A stretch of DNA of 64,000 nucleotides from Chiloscyllium plagiosum (Eukaryota): positions 1 to 64,000 of the forward strand of contig NW_025215138.1 of NCBI RefSeq assembly GCF_004010195.1. The letters run 5' to 3'. The stretch's first letter is position 1, and every line of letters starts with the position of its first letter. The notes below the pieces were generated by a model. It did not search any database. It was given only the letters and a program-made list of their open reading frames with translations, and was not told the DNA's origin. Below are positions 63,723 to 64,000 of this stretch, in pieces. The position numbers and the translations under genes were made by a program.

Positions 63723-64000
63723 AAGCTTTTGGGCAATTAGGGACATGTAACAAATGCTGACCTTGCCAGTAATGCCAGTAATTCAGTAAAGACGAATTTT
63801 CACATTTCAATTTCTGACAAACTTTACTCGTTTCCTTGTAGGACCTTCTGAAGGACACAATGATCCAGCTTTTACATGTGGTAGCGGATGCAGACAAGGA
63901 TGTTGTGGAAGTGGATGATTCTAAAGTTGAGATTCCACCAGATAACGAGATTCCAATGAAATTCCAACATCGTCAACAGGGAACAAGAATGCGGAAAAAC

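Overview
Vertebrate genomic DNA, almost certainly a cartilaginous fish (shark). This is inferred from HE1/V-SINE-type SINEs, HER1/CR1-type LINEs and the conserved gene content; there are no prokaryotic features. Two host genes are visible, both on the + strand. (1) The last two coding exons and 3' UTR of a BCL6-family zinc-finger gene (2924-3061, 4271-4411, polyA signal 5211). (2) About 46.6 kb downstream, the promoter and first coding exon of a preprosomatostatin gene (ATG 51039, donor after 51161), which the ORF track does not list. Its promoter has a CRE variant, a TTTAAAA TATA variant, TAAT/TGATTTAT homeodomain sites and a non-canonical split RE1/NRSE. Exon 2 was not found, so intron 1 appears to exceed 12.8 kb. 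The rest is mostly nested transposon debris: many CR1 LINEs, V-SINEs, three Gypsy remnants (two showing the Gmr1-like integrase-before-RT order), solo LTRs, a Tx1-like LINE, a Penelope-like RT remnant and a hAT transposon with a probable target site duplication (TSD). There is also a recurrent set of ~90-175 bp Penelope-type insertions with 11-16 bp TSDs carrying minimal hammerhead ribozyme motifs; the best copy is at 13254-13293 (- strand). One assembly gap lies at 17788-18218. All calls were made by eye; repeat boundaries are approximate unless a TSD is quoted. I found no wholly new biological system that I can support. The somatostatin paralog/promoter and the hammerhead mini-elements are the best leads.
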